From positions 2,852,001 to 2,916,000 of the forward strand of contig NC_090370.1 of NCBI RefSeq assembly GCF_035084215.1: a stretch of DNA of 64,000 nt. The letters run 5' to 3'. The stretch is from Heptranchias perlo. Its lineage: Eukaryota. Positions 35,091 through 48,400 of the stretch are shown in pieces (the stretch's first letter is position 1; the number at the start of each line of letters is the position of its first letter). The notes under the pieces were generated by a model that saw only the letters and a list, made by a program, of their open reading frames with translations, was not told where the DNA came from and did no database searches. The position numbers and the translations under genes are program-made.

Positions 35091-37687
35091 CCAACATTCT
35101 AATGGTGGAGGTTTCAAGTCTTAGACTTCCCCCCATTGATGAAAAATGGACACTGATGCCCTTTGTTCATTGGAGCCAAGCAGGGGAGATCAAAGGTTAG
35201 TATTGCTTCAGAATCAGGATTGTGTCATAATAGCAGGAAATATACTGGATACATTTTCATTCTGGGGCAGGGAAGATATTTGCTAATTCCCCTTCAGCCC
35301 ATTACAATGTGGGTGAGTAATACTTCACCTGTAAAAGGAACCAAGCAGGCAACAACCATTTTAGGCGAAGACTCTGTCTTGGGACATTCCTCCCTTCCCC
35401 CTCTTTATCTTCCTTGGCGGTTGATGATAGCGGAACTGGGAATCTCGGTCACACAGCTTACTGAAGAACTCTCATCGGTTTCCAGGTCTCCTGCTACAGT
35501 CAGATCCAAACAGTTCATCAGGAGCGAGGCTTGCTGATTCTGATAATCCGCCCGTCTGGATGCAACAGGGAGGTTGAATTGAAAGGCTTTAAGATCCAGT
35601 GATACCCAGCTTCGCTAGTAGGGCTACACATAACATCAGGGTGATCTGTTGCTCAACACATAGGAACGCAAGGCCAATGTCACACCAATAGAAAATAGTC
35701 AGCACTCCAGTAGAAGAGGCCTGTGACAGGCAGTGCTGGGAGACACAAACATTTTGCTTCATTCGGGTTTCTTGTTTTTGCTTTCAAATGTTTGCAGTTC
35801 CCTGGAGAAATTGGGATTTTCCATTCCATTCAGGCCCATTGAGAGAATAACATATTTCCCACATTTAACCCACTTATCTGGAATGATCCCACCAATAACT
35901 GGGAATTTCCATGCATGGGTCAACATTCCTGATGTGGCATACCTGCGATTTAAAGAAAAAAATGGTCAATAGGGTCTGATAGGTGACTACTTTGCCAGCC
36001 CTAGCCTCCGACCTGCAACCTCACTCTCTCTATTGCAATCCTTTTTGTCAGCCATGGCTCAGTGGTAGCGCTCTCGCCTCTGAGTCAGACAGTCGTAGGT
36101 TCAAGCCGAACTCCAGGGACTTGAGCCCCATAATCCAGGCTGATACTCCAGTGCAGTACTGAGAGAGTGCTACACTGTCCGAGGTGCTGTCTTTCGGATG
36201 AAAAAAAGTAATTGTCTCAAGGCAAATATGATATAATGAGTCTGTTTTTACACCCATATGTACTGTACAGGTGATATGGTTGTAGAAGAAATATGGTTGT
36301 TACCTCAGGCTTTACTTGTATACAGTAGTTAGGGTCTGTGAAGTGGTGAGCAGGGGTTGGGCAGTCTGGGCAGTATAGTTTTCCACAGTGATCTTTGTGC
36401 TATTCTATGAAGATGTACTTGTAATGGAGTAAGACAGACAATGTGACAAATAAAAAATATAATAGGACTGAGTTACTTGGGCTTCAAGGGCTGGATTAGC
36501 AGAGCTCAGTGGCTACAAGTGGCCTTAGGGTCGCAGACTGGACTCTCCTACCCTGGGGACCATCAACTTTCTGTTACACTGGGTTGGGAACGCTGCATGT
36601 CGCGAGCATGGTGTCTCGATAATGACAGCAGCTGCCTTTTAGTTTATATTGTGAATTGGAAACAATTATTATTCACAAAGATTTATTTCTGCAGATGTGG
36701 TTTATACTTATTTATGTAGCTGCAGGGGGTAAGGAAACACTAACAATTTATTTTCCAGGAACCAATCAAAAACACTTGTTTTACTTCTTATGGGCAAAAT
36801 TCTTACAAACTTCTTTCTAAATTCTCCTCCTCAACTTCCACACCCCAAAACCTCTCGCAAAAGCATAACTTCTAACTCACTGTGAGCAACACCACGACTG
36901 ATTTGCTGGAATATAAAATCTTGCATCTAACATGTGTCCATCCATCACACTCCAAAAATCACACTTTGTTACAAATGCAAAGTAATTCATCATGAATTTT
37001 TCAGACCTGGATCCTGAAATCTACAAGTAACTTACTGACCTCCAATTGACCACAGCAATTTACAAGCCGCTACAATTGCTTAATTTCCCACAGAGAATAT
37101 ATGAGCAATGGCTGTAAACAGACAGGCCAGGTAAACATCATAACCGTGTTCCTGACCCCAGACCACACATGAGCAATGCCAGGGGTGGTCTACTAGTCTA
37201 TAAAGTGCTAGACTGGTCCTCACTTTTACTTTGCTAGTCTTTCTAAGTTACTATTTATTAATGATGCACATGTTGGGCTCTCAGCTGAAAGTTAATTTCA
37301 GGTCAGTTTCCTTGTTTTTTAACATGAAGCACGTCCTTATCAAATCAGTCAATTAAAGTCAAAGCTTTCTGACTGTGGACATGGAACAGGAATTGAAACA
37401 GTTTAAATTACAGATAGTTTATGGCAAAACGTCCTGCCCCATCCACATGTAACGTGCTCAGAATGGGGTTAATCTCTGATCATTTCAGAATAAATGTGAA
37501 ATGATACACCAACCCAGCTCGTTGCAAGTTTAAAAAAAATACTTATTTATTGTTCAGGAAAAGGGAACAAACAGATATATCCCCACCACTACCACCCCAA
37601 TTGAGGAAATAACGTAAAATATGACTGAACTCAGCGGGTTTCATTCCAAAAGAGTATTAAATATTCGAAATGAATAGCACACGGTAT

Positions 37688-38177
37688 GTAAACAATCCTG
37701 GAGAGACGATCATATGTTGGAATGCTATTCACAAAAGCCGGCAGAGTAACCTGCTTACCCCTTTAAGACTCCGGCTTTCCCAATTGTCCAATCAGAAGGT
37801 TCAAGGCAGTTTCAAGGTGTCCCAAGTGTCAATTTCTCTTAAAATCTGTCAATAAAAAAAACCCTCTCACAACTATCGCTTTGGACAAATGAGCAGCAAA
37901 GCAGACCGGCGTGTGTCTGAGCTCTGAGAGAGGAGCTTGCGCATTAGTGGGACCGAGGTAGAGACAGAGCCCGGTCCAAGGGGGAGGTTGTTTACTTGAA
38001 GCCCGGGCGCCTTGAAACGGCCTCGGTCCCATTTGTCCAGTTGTTTTCGCTTCCCTTCTCTGCCCTGTTTGGGGGGTGCTGGAGGAGGGAAGAGTAACTG
38101 CAATCTCGAAGATATTTGGGATCGAACTGTGCCGGGGGGGCAGGCATAAAAAAAATAAATCTTGGTGGTTTTGTCCG
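37688..38177 (+). promoter_or_regulatory. CTDSP2 promoter/5' leader (CpG-retaining, CCAAT box, FOXO sites)
   Basis: CCAAT 37788-37792; GTAAACAA 37688; TTGTTTAC 37988; raised CpG content from about 37740 to 39200. Confidence 0.65.
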
Positions 38178-38250
38178 ATGGAAAGAGCATCTATCATAAG
38201 ACAAGTATCTCGCAAAGAGGAGCATCTCTCGCCTCTGCGATGGAATCCAG
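38178..38250 (+). CDS. CTDSP2: CTD small phosphatase 2, coding exon 1
   Basis: MERASIIRQVSRKEEHLSPLRWNP(G) resembles the SCP N-terminus MExxSIITQ; donor ag|gtaagg, phase 1. Confidence 0.85.
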
Positions 38251-40614
38251 GTAAGGAAGGAACTCCGGGGCAAACTTTGTATCTTGTCCCCTCCCCTTCT
38301 TAAAGAGAGATTTACGTGCTCTCTTTTTTTAAAAAAACAAACCTTTAAGTGAAGCAGAGAGCGAGCAGTAAATTTACAGCAAAAACAAGTGAATTTTCAA
38401 TTAAGAAACAGTGATGGGATGTTTTTTCGAACATTGTTTGCAACATCTGCATTCAGTCCAGATGTTTGGTTCGCATTTCCTTAACTTTTTTTTAGTTTCT
38501 CTCCTAATTTATGGGGAAACTACCCCATTTCTATTAAGGTTTTTGCTGCACTCTGACTCGCACATATTCCCCTCACCCGGCCAATGTTCCGGGTTTTATT
38601 AAAATGAAAATCGTTTCCACGTGAGCTTCGTTTTTGAACTGCAGACACTTAAGGTAAACAACTGTCAACGTTTCGTTCACCTTTTAATGTTTACTGAGTG
38701 ATTCTCGCCTCGCTATTTCCCTCAGTATTGCAATTCCAAACAGTTTTTTTTTGGATGTAGTTTATTTTTCAAATCTACACTCAATTTTTGTCGTGTTTAA
38801 TTTTCATGTTGGTTTCTTAGCTGAAAGTTAATTTCAAGTCAGGTTTCCCTTTTTTGATGTAGCGGTTTCTAGCAGTAGATGCATTACCCAGAGCTGCTTT
38901 TCAGTTTTTTTTAAAACAGACTAGTCTCTCTCTGGCGCTGCTAGGAATGTTGTGCAGACTGAGGTTTGAGGCTCCTTTAAGGGGAGATGGCGGATCGTTA
39001 GTCAAAGGGAGCCCCCCCGTTTGGGATATTCCAGAGCTGCATGGATACCTTGAATTATAACCAATCGTGGGATGGGGTCGGGGCGTGCGCGCGCGGAGAA
39101 TTAACGATCATTACTTCTGTATCCAGTATAAAGTACACTTTATAATTTAGTACGATGGGGCATACCGCTCCGCACTTAATGGGTCTAGCCGGATTTCCCG
39201 AGTACTGCATTAGAATGCCCTGGAGGCAGTGAGAATTCTGGTTTCTTAGTGATAACAAACCACTTGCCCTATTCATAATATTTAAAGTCTTAAAACCAAT
39301 CTTTGTAGGAGACCAGTCATGCCCAAGGGTGGGTGAGGTGGTCGCCTGTGAGGGTAGGTGAGGTGATATTTTCACCTAACCCATGAGTCAGTCAATGCAC
39401 ATGGGTGATGGCTTGTTACCTTGGCAAAGATTTCAGCTTGTGAATTAGGATAATATCTACACAAGTTGTCGATATGTTCAATTTCACCCCATACTTCCTT
39501 GTGGGAGACAAGTGCTTAAAATGGGCATTATAGGTTCAGTGGGTAATGCACTACATGACAGGCAGAACCATGCAGACCAGAAAAGTCACAGGTTTGTATC
39601 TGGTCTCTTAGCTGACCTCGCCAGGGTGAAAAGAAAAGACTTGCATTTATACAGTGCCTTTCACGACCTCAGGACGTCTCAAAGTGCTTTACAGCCAATG
39701 AAGTAGTTTTGAAGTGTCGTTACTGTTGTAATGTAGGAAACGCAGCAGCCAATTTGCACACAGCAAGATCCCACAAACAGCAATGTGATAATGACCAGAT
39801 AATTTTTTTTTAGGTTTTGGTTGAGGGATAAATTGTGTGTGTTTGTCTTTGTTCACTTCCTGTTGCACTTTGTTGATACTGCCCCTTATTGGGAGCACAT
39901 GTTCTATCTGCTGCCTTGTGAGCAACGCCATGGGAGATCTGCCAGTGTACAGATATAGTTGGTATTGGGAGCGATTTTATAGTCGTCATTCAATCGAGGG
40001 GTTTAAACAACTTGAAGCTCCAATGCTTCCTAAACATAACCATCAGTGGAACCCTGAGACAAGGCTACAGCCTCAGTTCACTCTTGTGCAGTTGTACTTT
40101 TTACACCAATTCACTGTGCAGGTCTGTAGGTGGTTTATTTTGCTGCTTTGATGGTGGGGGAATGTGCCCAGGTTCAGATGTCCTCTGTACTTGATCCACA
40201 TTGAAATAGAAAATACTGGACCCACACAGCAACCAGTGGGCTTTGCCGGGTATAGGGTGTCTGGTTGGCATAGATAATCTAAATTAGATTTCTAGTTTTC
40301 TTTAGTCAGTTAGAATTTGTTTAAATGATCATATTAGTGGTGCCTTCTCAAAGAGGGCACTTGTAAAGCTGTCTTTCTGTTGGTGACACAGAGACAACCC
40401 AGTGTCACCCTTATTGGTCAACTCAAAATGGGCATCTGTGCCGAGAAGGCAGTTGCTATTTGACATGTGGATCCTTCATCGGGCAGGTTTATCCATCTCT
40501 AGTTCTTCACTTCTGACCAAGGGTTCACACGTGAAGCATTAACTGCTCCACTCCACCAAGGCCTGACCCACTGAGTCTTTCCAGCACTTCCTGGCATTTA
40601 GATGGTAATGGGGT

Positions 40615-40990
40615 GGTTTGAGGTTTTTAGGATTTTGAAAGGAATTGATAGGGTAAAGAGAGAAACTTTTTCTGCTGGTGGGGGAGTCTAGGACAAGGGG
40701 ACATAACCTTAAAATCAGAGCCAGGCCACTGAGGAGAGAAGTTAGGAAACACTTCTTCACACAAAGGATGGTAGAAGTGTGGAACACTCTCCTGCAAAAA
40801 GCAGTAGATTCTAGCTCAATTAATCATTTTACATCTGAGATTGATAGATTTTTGCTACTCAAGGATATGAAGAGATATGGGAATATGGAGCCAAGGCGGG
40901 TAAATGGAGTTAGGATACATCTCAGCCAGGTCCTCATTGAATGGCAGAACAGGCTCGAGGGGCTGAATGATCTACTCCTGCTCCTATATT
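40615..40990 (+). mobile_element. CR1 LINE 3' fragment
   Basis: ORF 40678-41055: ESRTRGHNLKI...RKHFFTQRMVEVWN. Confidence 0.85.
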
Positions 40991-41729
40991 TGGTTCACAT
41001 TTCCAACATCTGCAATGTTTTGCATTTTAAAAAAAAAAAGTGCATTGAAGTTTGACTGAGGAAATGTGGTCAGTATCGTGTGAAACTGGTTCATTTCGCA
41101 CTAAATAAACCCGTGCCATATTCATGCATCGGTTGAGTCCTTCAAAATATTTTTTACCGTTCACAGTAGATGCTGGTTTGGCAGAAATATTTGCTAGATT
41201 TTTTTTCCTGTTTTGTTTCTTTAATGTTTAATGTTTAAAATTGGAAGCAGTGGGTAAAATACTCAGATTCCTCCCATTTGCTGCCTTGTGTTGTGATTGT
41301 TCCATCATCAATACACAATCTATTTCTGCACCTTAGTCAAGGGTCCCTGGTTATATTAAAGTATACCTGTCTTAGTGGATATCTTAAAGCGCTTGCTGTT
41401 CAGTAGTATATAGCTGCTATTCCACTGGTTTTCCTGCGTTTCCTAGATTACAACAATGATTACACTTCAAAAAGTACTTCATTGATTGTGTGTGTTCTGT
41501 AAAATCTATGTTAACAATATCCAACTCAACTACACCTTTTCCTTGGGATGAAATGCAGGCGGCTGTAATGTTTGCGATGAATTCCTCTCTGTCTAATAAT
41601 CGTAAGTGATGAATTGTTCAGTCAGCTTCAAGTAAACCCATCCCCGTTCCTAGTTAATGAGGCTCTACTGATTGATCAGTAGATGTGTGTTGTTGTCCGG
41701 AGATGTACAGAGCAGAGAGGACCTATGAC

Positions 41730-42055
41730 TAGTGATCTGTACTGAGTTCACTGATCTCGGCCATGGTGACAGTGGGAGTGTTGTAATTGGCCTCCGTGCC
41801 CCGGGCTAGGGAGGGTAAAACTAGCCGGGGTTCCTGCTCCTGATCACCATCAAGTACAATTTCACTGGAAAGATTGTGTGGGTTGGATGAGAGCAGGGGT
41901 CGGGCTTGGCTGTGATGCACCCATGCTCGACTAGCTTGCTCACGCTCGCCATTTAGGTTCCCACATAAATGGCCACTTGAGTGAGATGCCAGTGCACAAG
42001 GGACCCTACCTGCGAGAGCACCAGTACCTTTGGGGCAAGAGGAGGAAAATCCCAA
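41730..42055 (+). mobile_element. Old SINE family C (AmnSINE2-like, tentative); many decayed copies in the window
   Basis: Recurring core gagttagctgatctc...aattggcctcagtgcccctgggctagggaggg...ccagggttcctgctcctgatcac; also ~2600, 3290, 16780, 43520, 45700, 47760, 48580, 58800, 59550, 63540; family name from memory. Confidence 0.6.
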
Positions 42056-42859
42056 TGGACCAAGTCACTTCCTACTTGCTTCATTGTATAGAATTCCTGA
42101 ACAAAGAATAACTCTTAAATGCACAATCCTGATCTTAATTTACAAAATTATCCTTTTAACACTCTGCCACTCTTAATCTGATCATTCCACAGATGAATCC
42201 AGACATCCAGAGGCAGCAGCCCCATTTTAAATCTAGTTGCCATTCTATACTTTTTCCTTTTGATGTCTACCTGAGTTTCTGGGTGACTGCTTTCAGAGGG
42301 CAGTAGGATAAGGATTTGCAAATTACTTTAATCTGGGGTTTACAGAAAGCCTGATCCAGGTCCAACACTTCCTGGTAAACCAGTTCACGTGACGCTGGAC
42401 AGTGAGTCTTGGCAAGCTATTTGACAGTTGGAGGCATCACAGCCAAGCCCAGTCCTGTCCTTGCCCAACCTGCTCCAGCGGTAGTCACTGGGTAGCGATC
42501 AGGAACCCGGGCTGGTTTCTTACCATTTGTTGTTAATAGTTGTTATGACTCGGCAACTCATTCCCCTCTTGGTGAATTGTAACACCAGTGCGCTAATATT
42601 TAATACCACTGCAACTTGCTGTACCTCTGATGTTTACAACATAGACATTAAAAAGAAAGAAATGGAAATCTGAAAGAACACCAGAAAATGCTGGAAATAC
42701 ACAGCAATCAATAATAATCAGATGTATACCCTGTGAGAACTGAATTTGAACATGGACCATTTCAAATGTCAATTCTTTGAGTTATGGTAATTTCATGCAT
42801 TAATGCTGCTTTACTTTCATGTAGAAATAACTGACTTATCTGTCTTGCTGCTTTTTAAG

Positions 42860-43460
42860 TTAGGCCCCTACCTCAGCCCATCTGCTGCCAAAACCCTAAT
42901 TCGTGCCTTTATCAATTACAGATTCTACTATTCCAATTTTCTCCTAGCTGGCCTCCCATTCTCCGTAAACTTCAGCTCATCCAAAACTCTGCTGTCCATA
43001 TCCTATCCCACACCAAGTCCCGCTCACCCATCATCCCTGTGCTCGCTGACCTACATTGGCTCCCGGTCCCCCACGCCTCAAATTTAAAATTCTCATCCTT
43101 GTGTTTAAATCCCTGCATAGCCTTGTCCCTCCCTATCTCTGCAACCTCCTCCAGTCTGATGAACCCCTTCTCCCATAAACTGTCCGACTCTGACTTCTTG
43201 TGCATTCCCACCTTTCTTCGCCCCACCATTGGCAGCTGTGCTTTCAGCCACCTAGGCCCTAAGCTCTGGAATCCCCTCCCTAAACCTCTCTGTCCCTCCC
43301 ATCCTTTAAGTCACTCCTTAAAACAGACCTCTTTGGCCAAGCTTTTGGTCACCCCTCTTGATATCTCCTTTGCCTTGGCGTCCATATTTTGATTACATCT
43401 CTGAACCACTTTGGGCCTTGTTTTCCTGTGTTAACGGCATTATATAATTGCAATTTGGTG
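42860..43460 (+). mobile_element. L2 LINE 3' fragment
   Basis: PYLSPSAAKTLIRAF...LADLHWLPV...LGPKLWN. Confidence 0.85.
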
Positions 43461-45119
43461 GTGGTGAGGCCACTTTTTCTGGATAATTGGGTTCATTCTT
43501 TAACTCTTAGGCTGGTAACTTTGATCTCAGTGGCAGTATGGGTGCTGCAATTAGTCTCTGCGCCCCTGGGTTAGAGAGGAGAAAAATCCAGGTTCGTGAT
43601 CGCCATCCAGCGTGTGTATGAAGGTTGGGTGAATGACAAGATTAGGCTCTGCTGTGGTAGCTCCCTATGGTTAGAGACTGGCAGCATTCATCCTTGGGGC
43701 TCGTGTAAAGCTGTGCCCCAGAATATGTCAGCACCTTTAACGGGGGAGAAGGCGGAGGTGAGCAACTGCTGCTTTCAATGTACCAATCAGCACCGGTATT
43801 AATCACTGGGTAAGTGGTGTCACTCAGTGGAGTTACTTAGTTACGGGGTTAATGGAATGACAGATGTGCTGGGATTTGTTGGTGAGGTGCTGTTTGTTTT
43901 GTTTTAGTAACCTCTGCAAGCATGTATTTATGCTTTTTAATTTTAAAGCTTTCGCCTTGGGTTTTGCCATGTCTTTCCTTTTTATTGCCTTATTCTAACA
44001 AGTAGCCTGTTTGTATTGGTTTGTTGATGGTTAATAGATTATATTTTGCTAGATTAATCCCCCCCGCCGCCCTCCTCTCTCTACACCCCCCCCCCCCGCC
44101 ATTTCTTTCTTCTCTACTGAAGGTGCTATTTCATGCTGGGGTAGGGGCACTGACTCTGCTCTCTGGTAATCAAGCAAGTGGCTATTCTTCATATGTGAGC
44201 CAGTAGGAGAGGCTATTCAACCATGGCAGGCAATGCAGGCTAGCCTGATCCTGTCCTTACCAATGTTCATGTGTGCACATTTCCAACAAGTCAGTCTTTG
44301 GAGTGCTAGTTCCCCCTCCCCCACCAAAAAAAAGCGTGCGTGTACGTGTAGCCAGTAATTGCATCAATTTTCCTGCTATTTGACCCTCCCTATCTCTGTA
44401 ACCTCCTCCAGCCCTACAACCCTCCGAGAACTCTGCGCTCCTACGGTTCTGGCCTCCTATGCATCCCTGATTTCCTTCACCCCACTGTTGGCGGCCGTGC
44501 CTTCAGCTGCCTAGGTCCTAAGCTCTGGCATTCCCTCCCTAAACCTCTCTGCCTCTCTCTCCTCCTTTTAAGACACTACTTAAAACCTACCTCTTTGACC
44601 AAGCTTTTGGTCACATGTCCTAATATCTCCTTATGTGGCTCGGCGTCAAGTTGTGTCTGATTGTACTCCTATGAAGCGTTTTCGGACGTTTTACTACGTT
44701 AAAGGTGCTATATAAATGCAAGTTGTTGATGCTATCAGACCCCAGACCTGGAAACTGTTTCAAGGTCGGCGATGTCAATGGGCTGCTGTAGAAGTGGATC
44801 TGCACAGCTGAGGCTCACCGGACGTGTCACACTAGTGCTGTCCCTCCTTGGTGGCAAGCTGGCGGTTTTACTTTTATTACAGAACATCCAAGTTTAATTC
44901 AAAACAAATGGAAGACTCGTCTTGCTCAGGAGAGGATTTTAGATTCCCATTTAGTATGTGGGCTCGGAGTCGATGAAGTGTGGTCAGAAGGAAAGTGGGC
45001 CACATCAAAGAGGCATCTTTAGAAAGTATATCATAAACGTTCCCTTGACTTTTAAACATGCTTTTAACATTAAACGGTGATGCGTCCTTCTATTTTCTCT
45101 AGCTTTGAGATGGACGATC

Positions 45120-45400
45120 CCAGGTTCTATCCACCCCGGTCTGTGCAGCCATGGCTTGGGTGACGGGCCTCGGGGTTAGGGAAGGGAGAGATCGCCTCGG
45201 ACTCCTGCACCCAATCGTAATGAAGTAATTCCCGCCAGAAAGTGCGCGCGTGCGCCGCTGATGTCCGATAACGACCAGGAGCGGGCTTGGCTGTGACGTC
45301 AGCCGCGGCGGGACACTCGAGCGCATGCGCGAGGTAATGGCGGGCGGCTTGATGAGTGTGGATCTGTACTCGAGTGAGTGAGTCGCCGCCTTCTGGCGAG
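45120..45400 (+). promoter_or_regulatory. Intronic CpG island derived from SINE family C: CCAAT 45211, CRE TGACGTCA 45294-45301, NRF1 GCGCATGCGC 45321-45330
   Basis: Dense CpGs and exact motifs; alignable by eye to family C copies such as 41730-42055. Confidence 0.65.
45337..45373 (+). CDS. Candidate alternative first coding exon of CTDSP2 (MAGGLMSVDLYS-)
   Basis: Kozak-like gtaATGG; donor GTGAGT at 45374 gives phase 1, in frame with exon 2; in-frame upstream ATG at 45325; no transcript evidence available. Confidence 0.45.
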
Positions 45401-48400
45401 TAGGAGAGAAAATAAGAGTAAAATTGAAGGACGCTGATTTTATACCCACTGGGCTTGGGGGGGGGGGGGGGGTGGAGGAGGAGGAGAACTGCAGCTTCTC
45501 AATTGGTGCAACATATAATTTGTAGCATTTTACAAATGCAGCCCTCCAGTCATTATGGTTGCTGCCCTTGGCAACCAACATCCTCGGATGATGTTCTGGG
45601 TGGCGTGTTTTATGAAGTGTTAATAATAGGGTAGATCTAATGCCACTATGACTGGGTGGTCTTTGAGTTCCAGAGTTTGTAAATGGGACCAGAGCTTGAT
45701 GCCTGGTCTGTGCTGAGTTAGCTGATCGCAGCTAGGGCAGACCTAGGGACACGACCATTGACTTCAATCAGCACCACTGAGCTAGGACAGTGGATGAGAG
45801 GAAATGAGCCAGATGACTCCAGTTACTCAATTTCCTAGGTGAGGATAGGATTAGGCTTCAGTTTGATGTCCCCTGTAGTTGAAGAGCCTACTGACATTCT
45901 CTGTCTAGGCTCACATGTGAAACACAGTCACTTGTGGTGAGGTACCAGAGGGCTAATGCAATCCATGGAGCTGTACCTCAGCTAAGAGTCGGTGCCTTCA
46001 CGAAAGGAGGGGAGAAAACCAGGAGTTTTTTTTTTAGAAAGTACATGCAGGCTCTAGTAATTGGGTGGGATTTGTAAGGGAGCCTTTAATAACTAATTTA
46101 GTAACCGTTTCAGGACAGGCAGTGCTATTACTGGGGTGTGGTGTGTGCACACGTTTGCTGTATCTCAGCACAGGAATCTGCTCAAACTACTTTGCCAAGA
46201 AATGTTACGCTGTGATCCGCACTTCACGAAACCAGAGATCAAAACAACCACATGGCAAACTTCTGAACCACACCCTATGTGATCAGTCCAAATCATTTGG
46301 TTTAAAAGCAGCATTCTTCATAACCAACACCGATCTAATTGCAGTTATGTGTAAAGTACTAATCAGAATGAAAAACAATCGGAAACTACTTGGATCAGAA
46401 GCAGTCCAGTGGGAGTGAATGGGAAGGGGTGACTCTGATAAAGCCACTCTTGCTGTTTGTGATGTCGTGTGGTTCTGTGTTACCTTGTCACCCAATCCCA
46501 GCCCCATGCGTTGCCCCCTCCCTTGTATAGGCGGTGAGGTTTAGGGAGGGAATTACAGAGCTTAGAGCCTTGGTGGCTAAAGGCACAGCTGCCAATGATG
46601 AGGCGATGCAAGTGGGGGTGCAGAGGAGGCCAAAATTGGAGGAATGCAGAGTTCTCGGAGGGTTGTAGGGCTGGAGGAGGTTACAGAGATGGGATGGGGC
46701 GAGGCCATGGAGGGATTTGGACACACGGATGAGAATTTTAAAATTCAACATTTTTGGAATCTTGGGGGCGTGGGCTGGGGTTGTAGGTGTTACAGAAGGG
46801 CTAGGAAACGATATCAAAAGGTGGGGAAGGTGGGGTGACAATATTTAACCAGGGAGAGGCCACTTAACTCAGCAACTCTTCAATCCCAGTCACTGCTCTT
46901 GACTGAAGTTGACCTTAATTGAGGCCCATCTGAAGCCTGGTGATGATAATTCTTAATTTGGGAGCTATGGACCCTCCTCCCTTGGCAAACAAGCCTTAAT
47001 CCAAAGTCAACCCTGGAATAATGTTTGACGGGTAAATGACCCTGGAACAGGCGATTTGGCGGAAAGCCGGCATAAACACTTCCCCCAAGGAGCCAAAAAC
47101 CGTCAGCCTAAGTTTTCACCTACGAACATAGCCAACACAAACACTGTTACAGTCACCTGGTATCCTGCCAGCTTGTTCTGTTGCTTGGCAACATAGGTGC
47201 CAGGGATGAGCAAAGTCATTTGGATGACTGATTCTTTGACAGCCTGATTCTGGAAAATGAATAGACTGACTGCAGTAAGCTGGATTCACAGCCACCATTT
47301 TGAAAACTTCTGGTTCTGAAAATCTTTTTCAAAATGGAGGCAAGCCAAGCCTACATTAAGTGAGCACAGTGGACCTTATTCACAGCTGCTGTTTTTGCAA
47401 ATTTCTAAATAATCTCAATAATTTCCTGTGTTTAATTTTTTTGGGGTGTTTAGTGTTGACTGTCAACAGTTGTCCGTTTTCGTGATTGAAATATTAAGTT
47501 GAATCCACACCAGAAAGGTTTATGTTTCCTCAAATTGCCCAAATTATGGTTGGCTTGGAGCTCATCATATCTCCACCCCCCCCCCGCACCCCCCCCCCCC
47601 CCAACAAAGTAGATGAGTGGGGATGTTGGCAGCACGTCCTTGTATCTGGCACTCCTCCGAGTATGTATTGAAGTCCTCCATGGTTGCTTGATGACTCAGT
47701 GGGCAAATGCACTGCATGGTGCAGCACAGAACCATACAGACTGGGAAGATCGCAGATTTGATCCTTAGCCATGCTGAGCTTGCTAGCGGAGGGGCCTGGT
47801 ATAAATGTCCCAGCCTCGCTGAGCTAATGAGGGAAAGAGCATTTCAGGGTCTCTGCCATCCACTGACCTCTGCCTGAAAGTGCAGTGTGTACACAGACAT
47901 TTCTGTATGGATGTCAAGCGGGGACAGGATGAGGCCTGACTGTGTTGACCTGGACATGCTCAGTCTAAGCTCACACAGGAAGACTAGGCAGCTGGGCAAG
48001 GTGCCAGAGGGCTGCTGAAATCTGTGGAACCAGTGCCTGGCAGGTAGATGAACTGCAGTAAAGATCCTCTAGTTCAAAGCTAACATTTGGAAGCCATTTT
48101 ATGGGCAGGCTCCTCTGTGTCCCTGCCAACTAAATGTCAACGCACTTTGAATTGATCTAATGTACAGAGGGTGACTAAGTGTGAAAATGGGCATGTAAAG
48201 TGACTCTAACACCTAGGTGCTGACTTGGACGGGCACAGCCAGGGAACAACTGCTCCCCTGTGGTAATTTGTGGGACCTTGCTGTGCACAAATTGGCTGTC
48301 AGGTTTCCTACATTACAACAGTGACTACACTTCAAAAGTACTTCATTGGCTGTAAAGCGCTTTGGGGCATCCTGAGGTCGTGAAAGGTGCTATCTAAATG

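Noticed and set aside
45099-45581. 160-aa minus-strand ORF over the CpG island
   Set aside because: Low-complexity Pro/Ser/Arg content typical of GC-rich sequence; no domain or splice support
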